Source of the DNA: Hemiscyllium ocellatum
Lineage: Eukaryota
Length of the DNA stretch: 64,000 nucleotides
Reading direction: 5' to 3'
Assembly: GCF_020745735.1 (NCBI RefSeq)
Contig: NC_083435.1
Coordinates: 33,479,231-33,543,230 of the forward strand
The notes beneath the pieces are model-generated. The model was not told where the DNA came from. It did not search any database and was given only the letters and a program-made list of their open reading frames with translations. Of this stretch, positions 48,830-62,298 are shown piece after piece (within the stretch, counting starts at the first letter, position 1; each line of letters starts with the position of its first letter). The position numbers and the translations under genes were made by a program.

Positions 48830-50335
48830 TCCAATAATAAGAAGGAAAATTGGAATGTTTCCCCAATAGTAGTTCGCACAAAGCACCCGCCAGATCTACC
48901 TCTGCCCACGCCACTTCCACGACCTCTTCCATTTCCTCTTCCTCTTCCACCTCTGCCTCTCTCTCTTCCTGCAGCACCCCCTTCTAACGGCTTGGCGACC
49001 ATTTGCATGATCGTAAGCTGAGCTTTATGTGCATGTTGTCCCATCTTTAGTTTCAGGTTATCCTTCTCTTGGGTAAGCAATTTTTCAGCATATATCACAT
49101 GTGGTTCAATCAAGTTCAGCTTTCCCATGTTCCATGTAATACATGTGTCTTTTGCCTTTTTCACTATTTCATTCTTCATTCCATTGATGAAGCTGTTCTT
49201 CAGGTGTGCCTCATACAGCATGATTTCTCGTGCATTTATATCGTCGGGCTGTCTCAGTCCACTGTGGGCTTCATGGACTTCAGTGAGGTGCATTAGTTAC
49301 TGGGTCACTGTCTCGCCTTCTTTGTTTACACATTGCCATTTTGGTTGTCTCCTTTCATACTGGGAACGATTCCTTACAGGCGGTTGCCAGCGCTGCAATA
49401 AAAACATCATAGTCTCCGTTCTGCTCTGCTTGTGGGTTGGCTACTCTGGCATGGATGTTTGTATACTTGGTTTTGGTGAACTTGGCACCTAGTTTTCGTT
49501 CGAGGAGACGTCTCATCTCATGGGATGTGGGACGGAACTCAGTACAGAATTTTGTCATTTCTTCAGAAAAATTATTTCCTCCAAACTTGCGTGAGTCCGG
49601 CAACTGCTCATGGGCATTTTCCAGATCCTTCATGGTCAATTGCCGTGGACCCACACTGGATACCCTTCTGAATCTGCAACCTCAATCAATGGGGCTTGCA
49701 GAACTACCTGGTTTGACTCTGTCTAACTGTCTGAATCATCATCTGTCGGGGGGTGATCGCGAACAGGGATTGGATGCCTTTCCATCTTGGAGTGGTCGTC
49801 CTCCTTTTGGGGTTCTTGTTACAATTGCTTGCAGATATGCTGTACTATTGGAGATCCAGCAGACCCTGAGGCGGCGGCCGCTGACGTGGAACCTTTACTG
49901 GGGTCTGCAGGTCTTGGAGGAGAGTCATCAAGGTCTGGATGTGAAACAAACTTCAGACACTGCAAGCTTTGTTACCTTGTTTGCCACACATCTGCATGTG
50001 TGCTGATGTTTGTACGTTTATTTGATCTATCCTGTATTTGAGATTTCCTTTCTCTGATATCAGCCTCATCCTTCCACATGTTAAAAGCACTCCAATTCAC
50101 AGGTTCTATTTTTCCCTTCCTTTTATCCTTCTCTCTCTCTTCTCCAACCTCGAACTCAATATTTCCAGTTGTCTTTCACTGAAACTTCCTCCCTCTGGAA
50201 AACCACTTTCCTTAATCCACAATTCTAGCTGCTGTACAGACTCTGAGCCATAATTATTGAACATAAATTGCATTTTTGGTTTGCCATTCGAAGTCCTGTG
50301 TGGAGTCTCCCTTTGTTTCTCTTGCCGTAGCCCAT
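48830..50335 (-). pseudogene. Retroviral gag pseudogene
   Basis: ATG at 50335: MGLRQ..MQFMFNNYG..LELWIKESGFPEGGSFS (matrix-like), LQAPLIEV (capsid start), KNSFINGM, AQLTIMQ, an RGRG box, then GGCFV where the zinc knuckle is cut off. Stops and frameshifts are present. Confidence 0.75.
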
Positions 50336-50674
50336 TTTTAGTGTAACTGGAAAAGTGTTCAGCTCTCTCTCTCTCTCTCAGGACGTACCATTATCTTTTC
50401 CCTTTGACTTGGTTTTTACCTGCGGAGGTCCCCTCTCGCATTGGGTGCATCTGCATCAATGCCTTGGCGTTCGTCAACCAAGCAACCAAGTACGTATTTG
50501 GTGAGTCCAACTCAGCCTGTGGTTGTTCCAAGTATAAAACCACCGTTAAACTTGCTGACTCCTAAACACTCTAGAGACAACAATCCCCTTCCCTGGGGTT
50601 TTGGTCTAATACCATGCGCGAGTTCACTGAATTCTTTCCCTGTGGTAGTTATTCTCTTAGAATGAGTGTCTATG

Positions 50675-52240
50675 TAGCTCTCTCTCTCTCTCTCTCTCTG
50701 TCCCTCTGACTACAGAATCCCCTAACACAATTGATCTCTTGGAAGCCGACGTACCCCTCTTTGTATTAGAGCCATTCTCAATATCAGAAACTTGGCTGCT
50801 AGTGCTAGGTTCCACTGAGAATCCATCACCCCCTACATTTTCCAACACAGCATATCTGTTTGAAATGGGGATATCACAAAAGAGAAAATGATGACTGCAG
50901 ATGCTGGAGACCAGAGTTGAAAAATGTGATGCTGGAAAAACACAGCAGGCAATTCAGCATCCGAGGAGCAGGAGAATCGACTTTTATGCGTAAACCCTTC
51001 TTCAGGAATGAGGCTGGTGTGCCAGGTGGGCTGAGATGAAAGGTAGAAGGGAGGGAATTTGGGGGAGGGGTACTGGGAATATGATAGGTGGAAGGAGGTG
51101 AGGGTGAGGGCGATAGGCCGGAGAGGGGGTGGGGGCAGAGAGGTTGGGAAGAAGATTACAGTTCAAGAGGGCGGTGCTGAATCCGGGGGTTGAGACTGCG
51201 AAAAGGTGGAGGGAGGGGAACTGAGGAAGCTGGAGAAATCTACATTCATCCCGTGTGGTTGGAGGGTTCCTAGGCGGAAGATGAGGCGCTCCTCCTCCAG
51301 GCGTCATTTGGTCGCGGTCTGGCGAAGGAGGAGTGGGAGGGGGAATAAAAGTGTCATATCCACAAAAGACTCCTGCACCAGCTGCCTACCTCTCTTACCC
51401 TTCCTGGAGTTAACCCGTCTTTGTGACTGTATCTGAGACTCCCCCCCCCCTTCCTATAACTGCCATCCATCACATACTGTTGCTGTTGCAAATTCCTCAT
51501 TGCTTCTATCTGTCTCTCCAACTGATCCACTCGATCTGATAAGATTAGCATCCAACAGCTCTTATGACAGATATAATTCGCAGTAACCCTTAAACTCTCT
51601 TTAAACGCCCACATCTGACAAGAAGTACATATCACTGCAAAGGCCATTTTTGCTCCTTCAGAATCTACAGACCCAGAAAATAACACCGTCTTATTCCGAT
51701 ACAAACACTGCCCCAGGTTAAAATAATAGCTATGACTTATGTTTTAAATATAAACAAGAGACTAATCTCCAAAATCGTATCATCTAGAAAGAATCCACTA
51801 TACTCACTACTGCAGCCTTTCTCCTGGACAGACTTAAAACAACAATTAACTTATCTAATTCTGTGCACAGTTTCTCCAAGATTAGTTGTGAATTTCACTG
51901 TTTATTAATTTTCCAATATGCACTCCGATGTCCAGCGATACACGAATTCAAACAGCAGAGTCAGTAAATGTGCAGGTTCTTTCTTTCTCTCACTCTCTCC
52001 TGCACTGTCCTCACCATGTGCTTCCTTTGTCTGCTCTTCTCCCTCTTTAAACTGCTGTCGTTTTGACTTTTTTTTAACTAAAGTTCCAAAAAATTGTAAC
52101 AGCAAATAAAACAGCAATTGCTATTCCTGGAATTCGAGGAAATCACATCCAACACCTAAAATACCTCAAAAAAGGAGTATCATTTACACCCAGAAATTGT
52201 TCTCGTCCTCCATCTTGGGTTACCCAGAATCCTTATCCTG
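50675..52240 (-). mobile_element. CR1 5' fragment (5' UTR and ORF1 up to the esterase GDS motif), interrupted by a PLE
   Basis: MAFAVICTSCQMW..YICHK..LSDRVDQLERQIEAMR (51354-51704) and SIVLGDSVVRGT (about 50700-50740), ending in a (CT)n run. Confidence 0.8.
50880..51335 (-). mobile_element. Penelope-like element 3' end (GIY-YIG C-terminus and pLTR)
   Basis: Minus strand EEERLIFRLGTLQPHGMNVDFSSFLSSPPP; pLTR 'cattcctgaagaagggttta...' with a decayed hammerhead. Confidence 0.8.
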
Positions 52241-52508
52241 CATTACCCAAAATCCTGGTCGGCATGGACCGAAGGGTCTGTTTCCATACTGTACATCTTT
52301 GTGACTCTATGACTCTCTGTATGATTACTTAAACTACGACTTTTATCCCGAGCCTTATTGTTTCGAACCATCAGGGCTGGGGTGATCCACAGATTCCCAG
52401 TCCTTTCACGTAAAAGGGCCAATTCAGTGCTCGAGATGAAGTGAAACACATTCAGTGCACTGGCGCCTGTACTTCCTGGGAATCTCCAGAATCTCATCCT
52501 GTCGCGGG

Positions 52509-52527
52509 ATCCCGAGACGAGTCCCCA
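52509..52527 (-). promoter_or_regulatory. Retroviral primer-binding site, tRNA-Pro type
   Basis: Minus strand TGGGGACTCGTCTCGGGAT versus the tRNA-Pro PBS TGGGGGCTCGTCCGGGAT: one substitution and one inserted T. Confidence 0.75.
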
Positions 52528-52850
52528 AGTTTACGGTCTTGGAAATTAAATCGACTTGACTCAATTATGAGCAAGAGCAAAGAAAGGATCTTTATTGAAA
52601 ATCCTGCAGGATTTGACTCATTATACTACGTCAGGTGCCTCAATGCACAGTGTACTGAAACATTGTACAGAAGCCTGCCTTATACCGTTCCTTATCACAC
52701 TCTTGAGGGCAAAGACTGGGGGAAACTCAAGTTGTCATCCTCTCATCCCCTGGTCTTAGAGATAACAGTTCTTCTGCTTTCGCTGAGTTTTACGATCGCA
52801 AGGTCGAGTTGAATGTTTACAGAATTCAAACACAGTTAAGCTAACGACAA
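52528..52850 (-). mobile_element. ERV 5' LTR (outer boundary uncertain)
   Basis: Directly upstream of the PBS; minus strand has a TATAA-like 'ggtataagg' and AATAAA about 65 bp before the LTR end. Confidence 0.55.
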
Positions 52851-52974
52851 ACCTTCATCAAAGCATTGCTTACAAAGCTCACTACAGCATTGATTTTTTT
52901 TAAAAAGCATTCTCTTTAAAATACGGAATAAATGGATCATAAATTTCACAGTAAATAGATAATTATCCATTGCA

Positions 52975-55235
52975 CTCGGCAATGAGCCAGGACAGGTTTC
53001 AGATCTCGGGTGGGAGAACACTTTGGTGACAGTGATCACAACTGGCTCACATTTACCATACCCTTGCAGAGGGAAATGAGCAGTTACCGAGGGAAGATAT
53101 TTAATTGAGGAAAAATAAATTATGACGCTATCAGACATGAGTTGGGAAGTACTGACTGGTCGTAACTGTTCCACCAAAAAGGAACAACAGACACATGGGA
53201 ACTATTTAAGGAGCAGTTGATGCGAGTGATGCACGAATTTGTTCCTCTGAGGCAGGTAAGAAGGGGTAAGATTAAGGAACCTTGGACAACGAGAAGAGAG
53301 GAGCTTTTCATATAAATGAAGAAAGCAGCTTACGTAAGATGGAGGAAGCAAGGATCGAGCACAGTTTTAGAGGATTACAAGCTTGCTAGAAAGGAGCTCA
53401 AAACTGGATTGAGAAGAGCCAAGAGGAGGCACGGAAAAGGCTTGGCAAGAAGAATTAACGAGAACACAAAGGCATTTTACTCAAACGTGAGGAATAAGAG
53501 AGTGATCAGGGAGAAGGTTGGGCCATTCAGGGATAGCAGAGGGAACTCGTGCGTGGAGTCCGAGCAGAAAGGGGAAGCCGAAATGAGTTTTCACTTCGGT
53601 TTTCACCAAGGAAAGGGACCTTGTTGTGAATGAAAACTTTGATTTGCTGGGATACATTCTTGACCAGATCAAGATTGATGAAGTTGATATGCTGGAAATT
53701 TTAGAAAATATTGAAATTGATAAGTCCCCCGGACCAGACCAGATTTATCCTAGGCTGCACCAGGAAGCGAGAAAGGAGGTTGCTAAACCACTGGCGAGGA
53801 TATTTGCCTTCTCACTCTCCACTGGAGTTGTACCGGAGGATTGAAAGAAGGCAAACGGTGATCCTCTTTTCAGAAGGGTAATAGAGAAATCCCAAGCAAT
53901 TACAAACCGGTCAGCCTTATGTCTGTGGTCTGCAAAGGTTTGGAAGGAATTCTGACAGATAGGATTTCGGACTATTTGGCAAAACATAGTGTGATTCAAA
54001 ACAGTTAGCATAGCTTTGTGAGGGGCAGGTCATGCCGCACAAATCTTTTTGAGTTATTTGAGGAGGTGATAAGACAGCTCGACGAAGGTCAAGCAGTGGA
54101 TGTGGTATATATGGACGTTCCCCATGGTAGGCTCATTCATGAAGTCAGGAAGTATGGGATACATCGAGATTGGGCTATCTGGATTCAGAATTGGCTGGAT
54201 GACAGAAGGCAGAGAATGGTTACCAATGGAAACTAGTCAGTGTTGAGTGTTGTGTTTTGAGGGCTCTGTTCTTGGGCTACTGCTCTTTGTAGTTTATGTA
54301 AATGGCTTGGATGAGGAGCTTGAGGTGTGGGTTAGTAAATTTGCAGATGATACAAAGGTCGCAGGTGTCAACAAAAGCATCGAAGGCTACTGCAGGCTAC
54401 AGTGCATCATAGCCAGGATGCAGAGCTGGGCTGAGAAATGGCAGATGGAGTTCAATCTGGAATGTCGAACTCGAATGCTGAATATAGAATTAAAGACATG
54501 ATTTTTGGCAATGTGGAGGAACAGAGGGACCTTTATGTGCAAGCACACAGATCCCTCAAAGTTGCCACCCAAGTGGATAGGGTTGTTAAAAAACAAGGCA
54601 TAATGGTGTTTTGGCTTTCATTAACAGGGGAATCGAGTTGAAGAGCCGCGAGGTTTTGCTACCGCTCTCCAAGTCACTGTGAGACCACACTTGGAATATT
54701 GTATCCGGTTCTGGTCGCCCTACTATAAGAAAGACACAGAGGCTTTTGAGAGGGTACAAAGGCGGTTTACCAGGATGCTGCCTGCACTGGAGGACTTGCC
54801 TTGGGAAGAAAGTTTGAATAAGCTCGGACATTTCTCTGTGGCGAGAAGGAGGAAGTGAGGAGAGTAGGAGGAAGAGAGCAGACCTGATCGAGGTGTACAA
54901 GATAATGAGTGGAATACACAGAGTCAATAGCCAGAGACTTTTCCCCAGGTCAGCATTGACTGGTACGAGGAGTCATAGTTTGAAGATATTAGGAGTAAGG
55001 CATAAAAGAGACGTCAGAGGTAGTTTTTTAATGCAGAAACTGGTGAATGCTTGGAATGCATTGCCAGCTGTGGTACTGGAAGCAGAGTCATTGGGGACAT
55101 TTAAGTGACTGCTGGACATGCACGTGGATCGCAGTGAGTTGAGGGGTGCATAGGTTAAGTTATCATATTTTACATTGGCATAACATTGCGGGCCAAATGT
55201 CCTGTTCTGTGCTGCACTTTTCTATGTTCTATTTA
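52975..55235 (+). mobile_element. Decayed 5'-truncated CR1 LINE
   Basis: EHFGDSDHN, NTKAFYSNVRNKR, DKSPGPDQIYP, SKFADDTK; tail 'ttctatgttctat'. Confidence 0.9.
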
Positions 55236-55519
55236 CTCACTGCAGTCTTATTGAGCCCTCTTTCACATTTAACTGAATCCATGCTCATTGGTTAAATTCT
55301 TATGTCACAAACACAAGCATAATGCTTCTGGGCATTGTTTACAAGGACTAGATTGTCCAGCTAATGATGATTCAATGAAGTGTGCTGTTTTAAAGAATTT
55401 TTTTTTAACCTTCAGCATTAAATATCCTGAACTTTTGCAATGAGGTGTCATGGATAAGAGGAAACACAGTGCCCTGTTATATTGAGCTATCTGAGTGCAA
55501 TAAAAAATCTAAACTCTCT

Positions 55520-55975
55520 TCAAACGTTGTGAAACTTGAAAAGGTTCAGAAAAAAAAATTTAAAGGATGTTGCCAGGGTTCGCGAATTTGAGCTACAGGG
55601 AGTAGTTGAATAGGCCAATGCTGTTTTCTCTGGAGAGGCGGAGGCTGAGGCGTGGCTTTATAGAGGTTGATACAATAATGAGTGGCATGGATGAGATAAG
55701 TAGACAAAGTAGTGAAGAACTAGAGAGCATAGGTTTAGAGTGAGAGGTGAAAGATATAAAAGGGGCAACGTGTTCACATAGAGGGTGGTACGTGTATGGA
55801 ATGATTTGCCATACGAAGAGGTGGAGGGCAGTACAATTGTATGAAGAGGAAGGGTTTGGAGGTATATGGGCTGGGGGCTGGCAGTTGCGACTAGATTGTG
55901 TTGGGATATCTGGTCAGCTTAGACTCGTTTGTCTGCAGGGTCTGTTTCTGTGCTGTACATCTCTGTGACTCTATG
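55520..55975 (+). mobile_element. CR1 3' end
   Basis: 'gtgaaacttgaaaaggttcag', 'gagcataggtttagagtgagagg'; tail 'ctctgtgactctatgact'. Confidence 0.85.
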
Positions 55976-57457
55976 ACTCAAAATCCATTGAAATATTTTG
56001 TTATGTCTTTCTGTTCTCCAATTATAAGGAGGGTGTGGACTTGTTCCTTCGACTTAGTAGCTTTGCAAAACGAGTATTTGGTCAACTCCAACTACTTTCA
56101 CAATTTGCTTGATTTTCTTTGCCATCAAACAGAATGAGTTGGTACCTTCTGTGAAGTAAACTACTGCTAGTGGTTTGGTTATTTACATGTTCATCCTTAA
56201 TATGGCATAATACCATGACAAATAGAATGTGAAACGTCTGGACAAATAGGCTGAATAAGATCGCAATGTCTGATTTTTTTTCATCAAGGCGCACTTTAAT
56301 GGCATATGTCAATTTGAACTTGCATGGTCAGTCTCAGAGAAAAGGCTACTGCCAATGTGCAACAATCAAATTTAACCGTTGCCACTTACATCCAAATTTA
56401 CAACAGTCAGAGGAAGTTCACGCCTTCAAAATACAAGGATATGGTCCTTGTTTGTTTGGGCAAATGTCAGGGAAATGCTATTTACAATTACACTTAAGCT
56501 TATTGCATGAACTACAATTATATTTGTATCAATAGCAAATTCTAAGCTGTGATATTATTTTACGTGCTTGAACCTTGAAATAGAAAATAGTTCACTTCAT
56601 TTAAAATTATCAGTGTAAGGTCATTCCTGTTGTTAAATCGGTATTATAAATGTCCTGCTGAATATGCCATCAGCTCACTTGTTCTGCGATGTCAATTGTA
56701 AAACATGAAATGCCAAAGAAACAGAAATAAACAGTTCAGAAAGAGGTCAATCCTGAATGCTGCAATTGCTGTCTGAACTGTTGGAAGGACGAGTCTTTCA
56801 CATCCACTGAGACCATAATTTTCTTTGGAAATTTAAGGAAAACTTGTTCAAAATTTGGACCATTTTCTGATGGAATAATCTGTTCAAATAATTTTCAGCC
56901 AAAATGCAAAACCTCCCATGCATGCATAAATACATTTATATCTTCAAGCACAACTTAGTTATGCATGTTATGCGTTTCCAGTGTCCAAAGAACCTTTTGT
57001 TAGCATTAATTTTCAGTTCGAGCAGCTTATCCTTGAATCCATTTCACAGATTGACGTCCTACATAGGGAGCTGTTCGTACCATCCAAGTCAGCTTGGAAA
57101 GACAAAGTTGCAGTTGGATTACATCCTTTGCCATTCACTTTTGGAGGAATATATGAAGATAGTTCTCCAATTTTTTGATGTGCATCTGTTAGGTTGATCT
57201 TTGGATATAGGAAAGCAGATAATATTGTTGTTCAATAAACCAAGAACTTGAAGATATGTTTCGTCCAATACTCTTTCCAAAGTTAGCCTGAGATTTTCCT
57301 GCCAAATTGGAGATAAAAATGAATGTTGTCATCTCTGTGAAATATACACAGGCCTCAAGGTTTCTTTCTGATGCAAAGTGTACCGACAGGGTGAAGTGCC
57401 ATATCTGATCTTACAGGTATTATCAAAACGAATGCAAGAAGACACATTGGATGTGAT

Positions 57458-57786
57458 TAATTACAGTGTGGAAACGGGCCCTTCGCCCCAACAAATCCCC
57501 ACTGACCCTCTAAAGAGCAATGCACCCAGACCCTTTCACCTACATTTACCCCTACACCTAACACTACAGGCAATTTGTTATGGTCAATTCACCTCACCTG
57601 CACATTTTTTGGACTGTGGGAGGAAACCACAGCAACCGGAGGAAACCCACGCAGACACGGGGAGGATGTGCAAACTCCACACAGAGAGTTGCCTGAGGCG
57701 GTAACTGAACCCGGGTCTCCAGCGCTGTGAGGCAGCAGTGCGAGCCACTGTGCCTCCGTGCCACCCACTGTGCCACTGTGCCGCCC
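57458..57786 (-). mobile_element. Full-length HE1-type SINE with tandemly duplicated 5' start
   Basis: Same head, core and tail as 42790-43141; repeated 'ccactgtg' units at 57745-57786. Confidence 0.9.
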
Positions 57787-57889
57787 ACACATGAGCTCTG
57801 AAACAATGCAAACTTAATAGCTTAGATTATGTGAGACTGTAAAACAATGTTAGACAACATTGCTTTAGATCTATTTCCATGAAATTATT

Positions 57890-60657
57890 ACCTTAAAGCA
57901 TCCAGAACCAGATGGATGAATTTTCAGCGTGGACTCGTACCTGGGACTTCGATGTTGTGGCCATTTCTTTGACATGGATAGAGCAGGGACAGGAATGGGT
58001 GTTGCATGTTCCAGGATTTAGATGTTTGAGTAGAACTGAGAAGATGGTAAAAGATAGTAAGATGTAGCGTTGGTAGTCAAGAACAATATTACGGTGTCAG
58101 AAAGGACAGTCGAGGACCTTTCGACTGGGTTAGTATGGGCTGAGCTGAGGAACAGGAAAGGAGAAGTCACCTTGTTGTGAATTTTCTATAGGCCTCCGAA
58201 TAGTTGTATAAATATAGAGGAAAGGATGGCAAAGATTATTCTGGATAGGAGCCAGAGAAACCGGTTAGATGTGATGTGGTCTTTAACTTTCCAAATACTG
58301 ATGGTAAATACCATAGTTCGAATACTTTGGATAGGAGAGTTTTTGTCTAATGTGTGCAGGATGATTTTCTGACACAGTATGTAGACACACCAACAAGGAG
58401 CAAGGCCACAATGGATTTGGCACTGGGTAATGAACACGACATGTGTTAGATTTGGAGGTGGGTGAGCACTTTGGTGATAGTGACCATAATTGGGTTATGT
58501 TTACTTTAGCGATGGAAAGGGATAGATATATAACTCAGGGCAAAGCAATTATGATGTGATTAGGTAAGATTTATGATGCATAGGATGAGGAAGAAACTGC
58601 AGGGAATGGGCACAATTGAAATGGAACTGCTTCAAGGAACATCTACTGCGTGCCCTTGTTAAGTATGTGCCTATTAGCTTGGGAGGAAGTAGTCGAGCGA
58701 GGGAGACGTGGTTTAATAAGAACTTGAATCTCTTGTCAAGAGGAAGAAGAAGGCTGATGTTAAGATGAGACAAGAAGGCTCAGTTCGGGCGCTTAAGAGT
58801 TGCTAGTTAGCCAGGAAAGAGAAAAGAGAGAGCTAAGAAAAGCCAGGAGGGACATGAGAAGTCGTTGGCAGAAAAGATCAAGGAAAACTATAAAGCTTTA
58901 TCCAGGTATATCATGAATAAAAGAATGACGAGAAAAAGATTAAGCCAAGTGAGGATAGTGAGGGGAATCTGAGGATATGGGCAAGTACGAAATGAATATT
59001 TTCTCTTATATTTCACACTGGAAATAAAAAAAAATGTTGTCAAGGAGAATACTGAGATACAGGTTACGAGACTAGATAGGATTGAGGGTTTCAAGGAGGA
59101 GCTGTTAGCAATTCTGGAGAGTGGGAAAATAGATAAGCCCCCTGGGCCAGGAGGCATTTATCCTACAATTTTCTGGGAATCCGCGGGGAGATTGCAGACT
59201 CTTTGGCTTTGATCGTTATGTTGTTGTTGTGTACAGGAATAGTGTCGCAAGACTGGAGGATAGCAATTGGTACCCCCTTGTTTAAGAAGGGGAGTAGAGA
59301 TAACCCTGGTAATTTTAGACCAGTGAGCCTTACTTCGGTTGTGGATAAACTGTTGGGAAAAGTTATAAGATATAGGATTTATAATCATCTCAAAATGAAT
59401 TAGTCTATTAGAGGTAGTCAGCACAGTTTTGTGGAGCGTAGGTTGTGCCTCACAAACCTTATTGAGTGATTTGGATGGTGGATGGTAAATTGGTTGAAAG
59501 TGTGTATATGGATTTCAGTAAGGCATTTGATAATGTTCCTCACGGTACGTTATTGCACAAAATATGGAGGCATAAGCTTGCGGGCTGTATAGCAGTTTGG
59601 ATCAGAAATTGGCGAGCTGAAAGAAGGCAGAGGGTGGTCGTTGATGGGGAGTGTTCATCCTGGAGTTCAGTTAACTGTAGTGTACTGTAAGGATATCTTT
59701 TGGGCCCTGTTTGTTCTTTTTATAAATGACATACATGAGGGCATAGAAGGATGAGTTAATACATTTGTGGTTGTCACGAAGTTCAGTGGTGCTGGGAATG
59801 TGTTGAAGGATGTTACGGGTTATAGGAGGGTATAGATAAGCTGCAGAGCTTGGCTGAGAGATGAAAAAAGGGGTTAGTGCGGAAACGTATGAGGTGATTC
59901 ACTTTGGAAGGAGTAATAAGAATGCACTGTATTGGGCTAATGGTAAGATTCTTGGTAGTGTAGATGAGCATAGCGATCTCGGTGTCCATGTTATTGATCA
60001 CTGAATGTTGCCACCAGTTTGATAATTTTGTTACAGAGGCATATGTTGTGTTAGTTTTTATTTATAGAAGGATTGAGTTTCAGAGCCCCGAGGTCATGCT
60101 GCAGCTGTACACAACTCTGGTGCAGCTGCAATTGGAGTATTGCATACAGTTCTGATCACTGCATTAATGGAAAGATGTGGTAGCTTTGGAAAGGGTTCTG
60201 AGGAGATTTAATAGGACGTTGCCTGTTATGGAGGGAAAGTCTTCTGCTGATAGATTGAGGGACTTGAGGCGGTTTTCATTCAAGAGTAGAAATTAGAGCG
60301 ATCACTTAATTGAGACAGAGAAAATAATCAGAGGTCAAGATAGGGTGGACAGTGAGAGATTTTTTCCTCAGATGGTGATGGATAGCACCAAGAAGCATAG
60401 CTATAAATTGAGGCGTGATAGATATAGGACAGATGTCAGAGTAGTTTGTTTTACTAAGAAAGTAGTAGGGGCGTGGAAAGCACTGCCTGCAACAGTAGTA
60501 GACTCACCAAGATGAAGGACATTTAAATGGTTATTAGATAAACATATGAATGAAAATAGGATAGTGTAGGATAAATAGTCTTCAGGTTTGTTTCACAGAT
60601 CCACGCAACATCGAGAACCAAAGGGCACGTACCGCGTTGTAATGTTCTATGTTCTAT
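57890..60657 (+). mobile_element. Decayed CR1 LINE spanning most of ORF2; older relative of the intact 17.7-21.6 kb copy
   Basis: 'gggacttcgatgttgtggccatt..gacatggatagagcagggacaggaatgg' matches the intact endonuclease; NFRPVSLTSVV, MDFSKAFD; tail 'gttctatgttctat'. Confidence 0.9.
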
Positions 60658-62298
60658 TAAGGTGAACAGATATATGAAAACCGGTAAGTTTCACGTCCTT
60701 TCGCCTATCTGGTCTCCTCAGGAATGGCTAGTGTTTGGAGCTCAGCATCAGTTTCCATGGGGCGCGTCTAAACCCAAGTCTGATGATGAAGTCCAAGAAT
60801 GTGAAAAGTCCTCGATATTAATAGTGCACTGAAATTAGGTTTCCCTGCTGAATTGTGTCTTATGAGTACTTTCCTCAAGCATTTCTCTGTGCTTGATGGT
60901 CAAAGACAAATGCAGATGTTGCTGCAAAGCAATTTGTTCTCACTGAAAGTCAATCTTTTCGCAAAATGTCTCTTCTTACAGATTTTCGATACTCCATTTT
61001 TAAAAAATACCTTGTTCAACTAACCCTTAGTAATCTGGTTTGGTGATGCTGTTTTTTATTCATTCACGACACGGGGTGGGGTGAGCAAATAATCCAACAT
61101 GAGGACAGAAACAAGTTTCTGCAGATTTGGATAGGTTGTATGATGAGGCAGAAAAATATTAAGTAGTATAGTCTGTGAGATTATCCAGATCAATAGCAGC
61201 AATAAAAGGAAGCTAAATGTTTTCTTGAATGTTTAGAATCTGAGAAAGGATTGTGTTTAGACGTACCCTTAAGTTTTGTGATGTTACAAAACTGAGTGCA
61301 TTTGCAGTACCTTTAAGAGAGAGTGAATACACTTTTGCACGAAGACCTTCAAAGTATCTGTCATACGAATGACTAGCAGTCCCAGAGTGTACTGGAAATG
61401 TAAAAATATGTAACATTTGGCTATGAGAGCGATAACTAAGTTTGTTGCTGTTTTAACAAAATTGGAATTTAACGGATAATTTTAATTACGTCCGGAATGC
61501 TAAAATTCATTCGAGTTTGAATTTATTTTTTTGCCAACATTGAACTAATGAGATGCTGTGATGTTGTGGGATACAAACGTATCAGGCATTTTGAAAGTCA
61601 GAGTGACTGCTACCGAGTGTAGCTTCCATCGAGAGACAGAGAGACCCAAAAGTCTGAAATGCTGTCCAGCAACATTTCCATATGAAAACTCTTCACTGTA
61701 AAAAAAAAGAAGAAGAACTAGAGAGTTCTTCAGCTGGATGAAGACAGACACCGGTGATGCACGGTTTTGAAAGTAACTTGATGTAATATTAATATGTTCT
61801 TTATTGGAAGAGTGTATTGTTATAGAGTTGGAGGCAGATAATAAACAGTTAAGAGAAAGACAGGCCTAGTGTGGTGAACAGTTATTTTAATGCTCACTTC
61901 TGGAGTTAAAGAATAAATTGATATCATTTTCTTTGAATAGTGGAATTTGGGAGTCCTCTGTCACTCACATTTTCGCAGATTACGAGGTAAGGTAAGCTTT
62001 TCTGGGTGCTTGGTTTAATTAACAGAAGAGTTCACCGCTGTGTCATCACAGTGAATTAATCATAATGCTAACATGCAACACAGTCAGCACTTTGTACGTC
62101 AAGTGCCATTTTAACATGCATATAGCCCATTAGAATTTGGAAGTTAAAGGGTTTCACTGCAATTGGAGCAGCATTGCCAAGGACATTGCTAAATACTTTA
62201 CATATATTTCGTCCATCTACCTCACGAGGAAGACATTTTCACAAAGGAAGAATACACTGAAACGTTCACCCCATCGATATTTCGTAATGGAATGCGAA

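Larger units (their letters stand above)
48240..52850 (-). mobile_element. Decayed endogenous retrovirus (class I, epsilon-like): 5' LTR, PBS-Pro, leader, gag, deleted pro-pol
   Basis: See the gag, PBS and LTR features. Protease C-terminus PFNLMGRD and a downstream APHVSLAK..WLDLG segment occur at about 48300-48830. Confidence 0.75.

Noticed and set aside
52963-52977. 15-nt match to U1 snRNA (ttatccattgcactc) at the 5' junction of a CR1
   Set aside because: Too short, and the rest of U1 is absent; probably chance.
56700-57400. LRR/TLR-like stretch on the minus strand (LQVLGLLNNNIICFP)
   Set aside because: A single LRR-like motif among many stops; insufficient support.
60778-60832. C/D-box or hammerhead-like words (ctgatgatga...gaaa...ctga)
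   Set aside because: Too short for a snoRNA, and no stem II or stem I pairing for a hammerhead.
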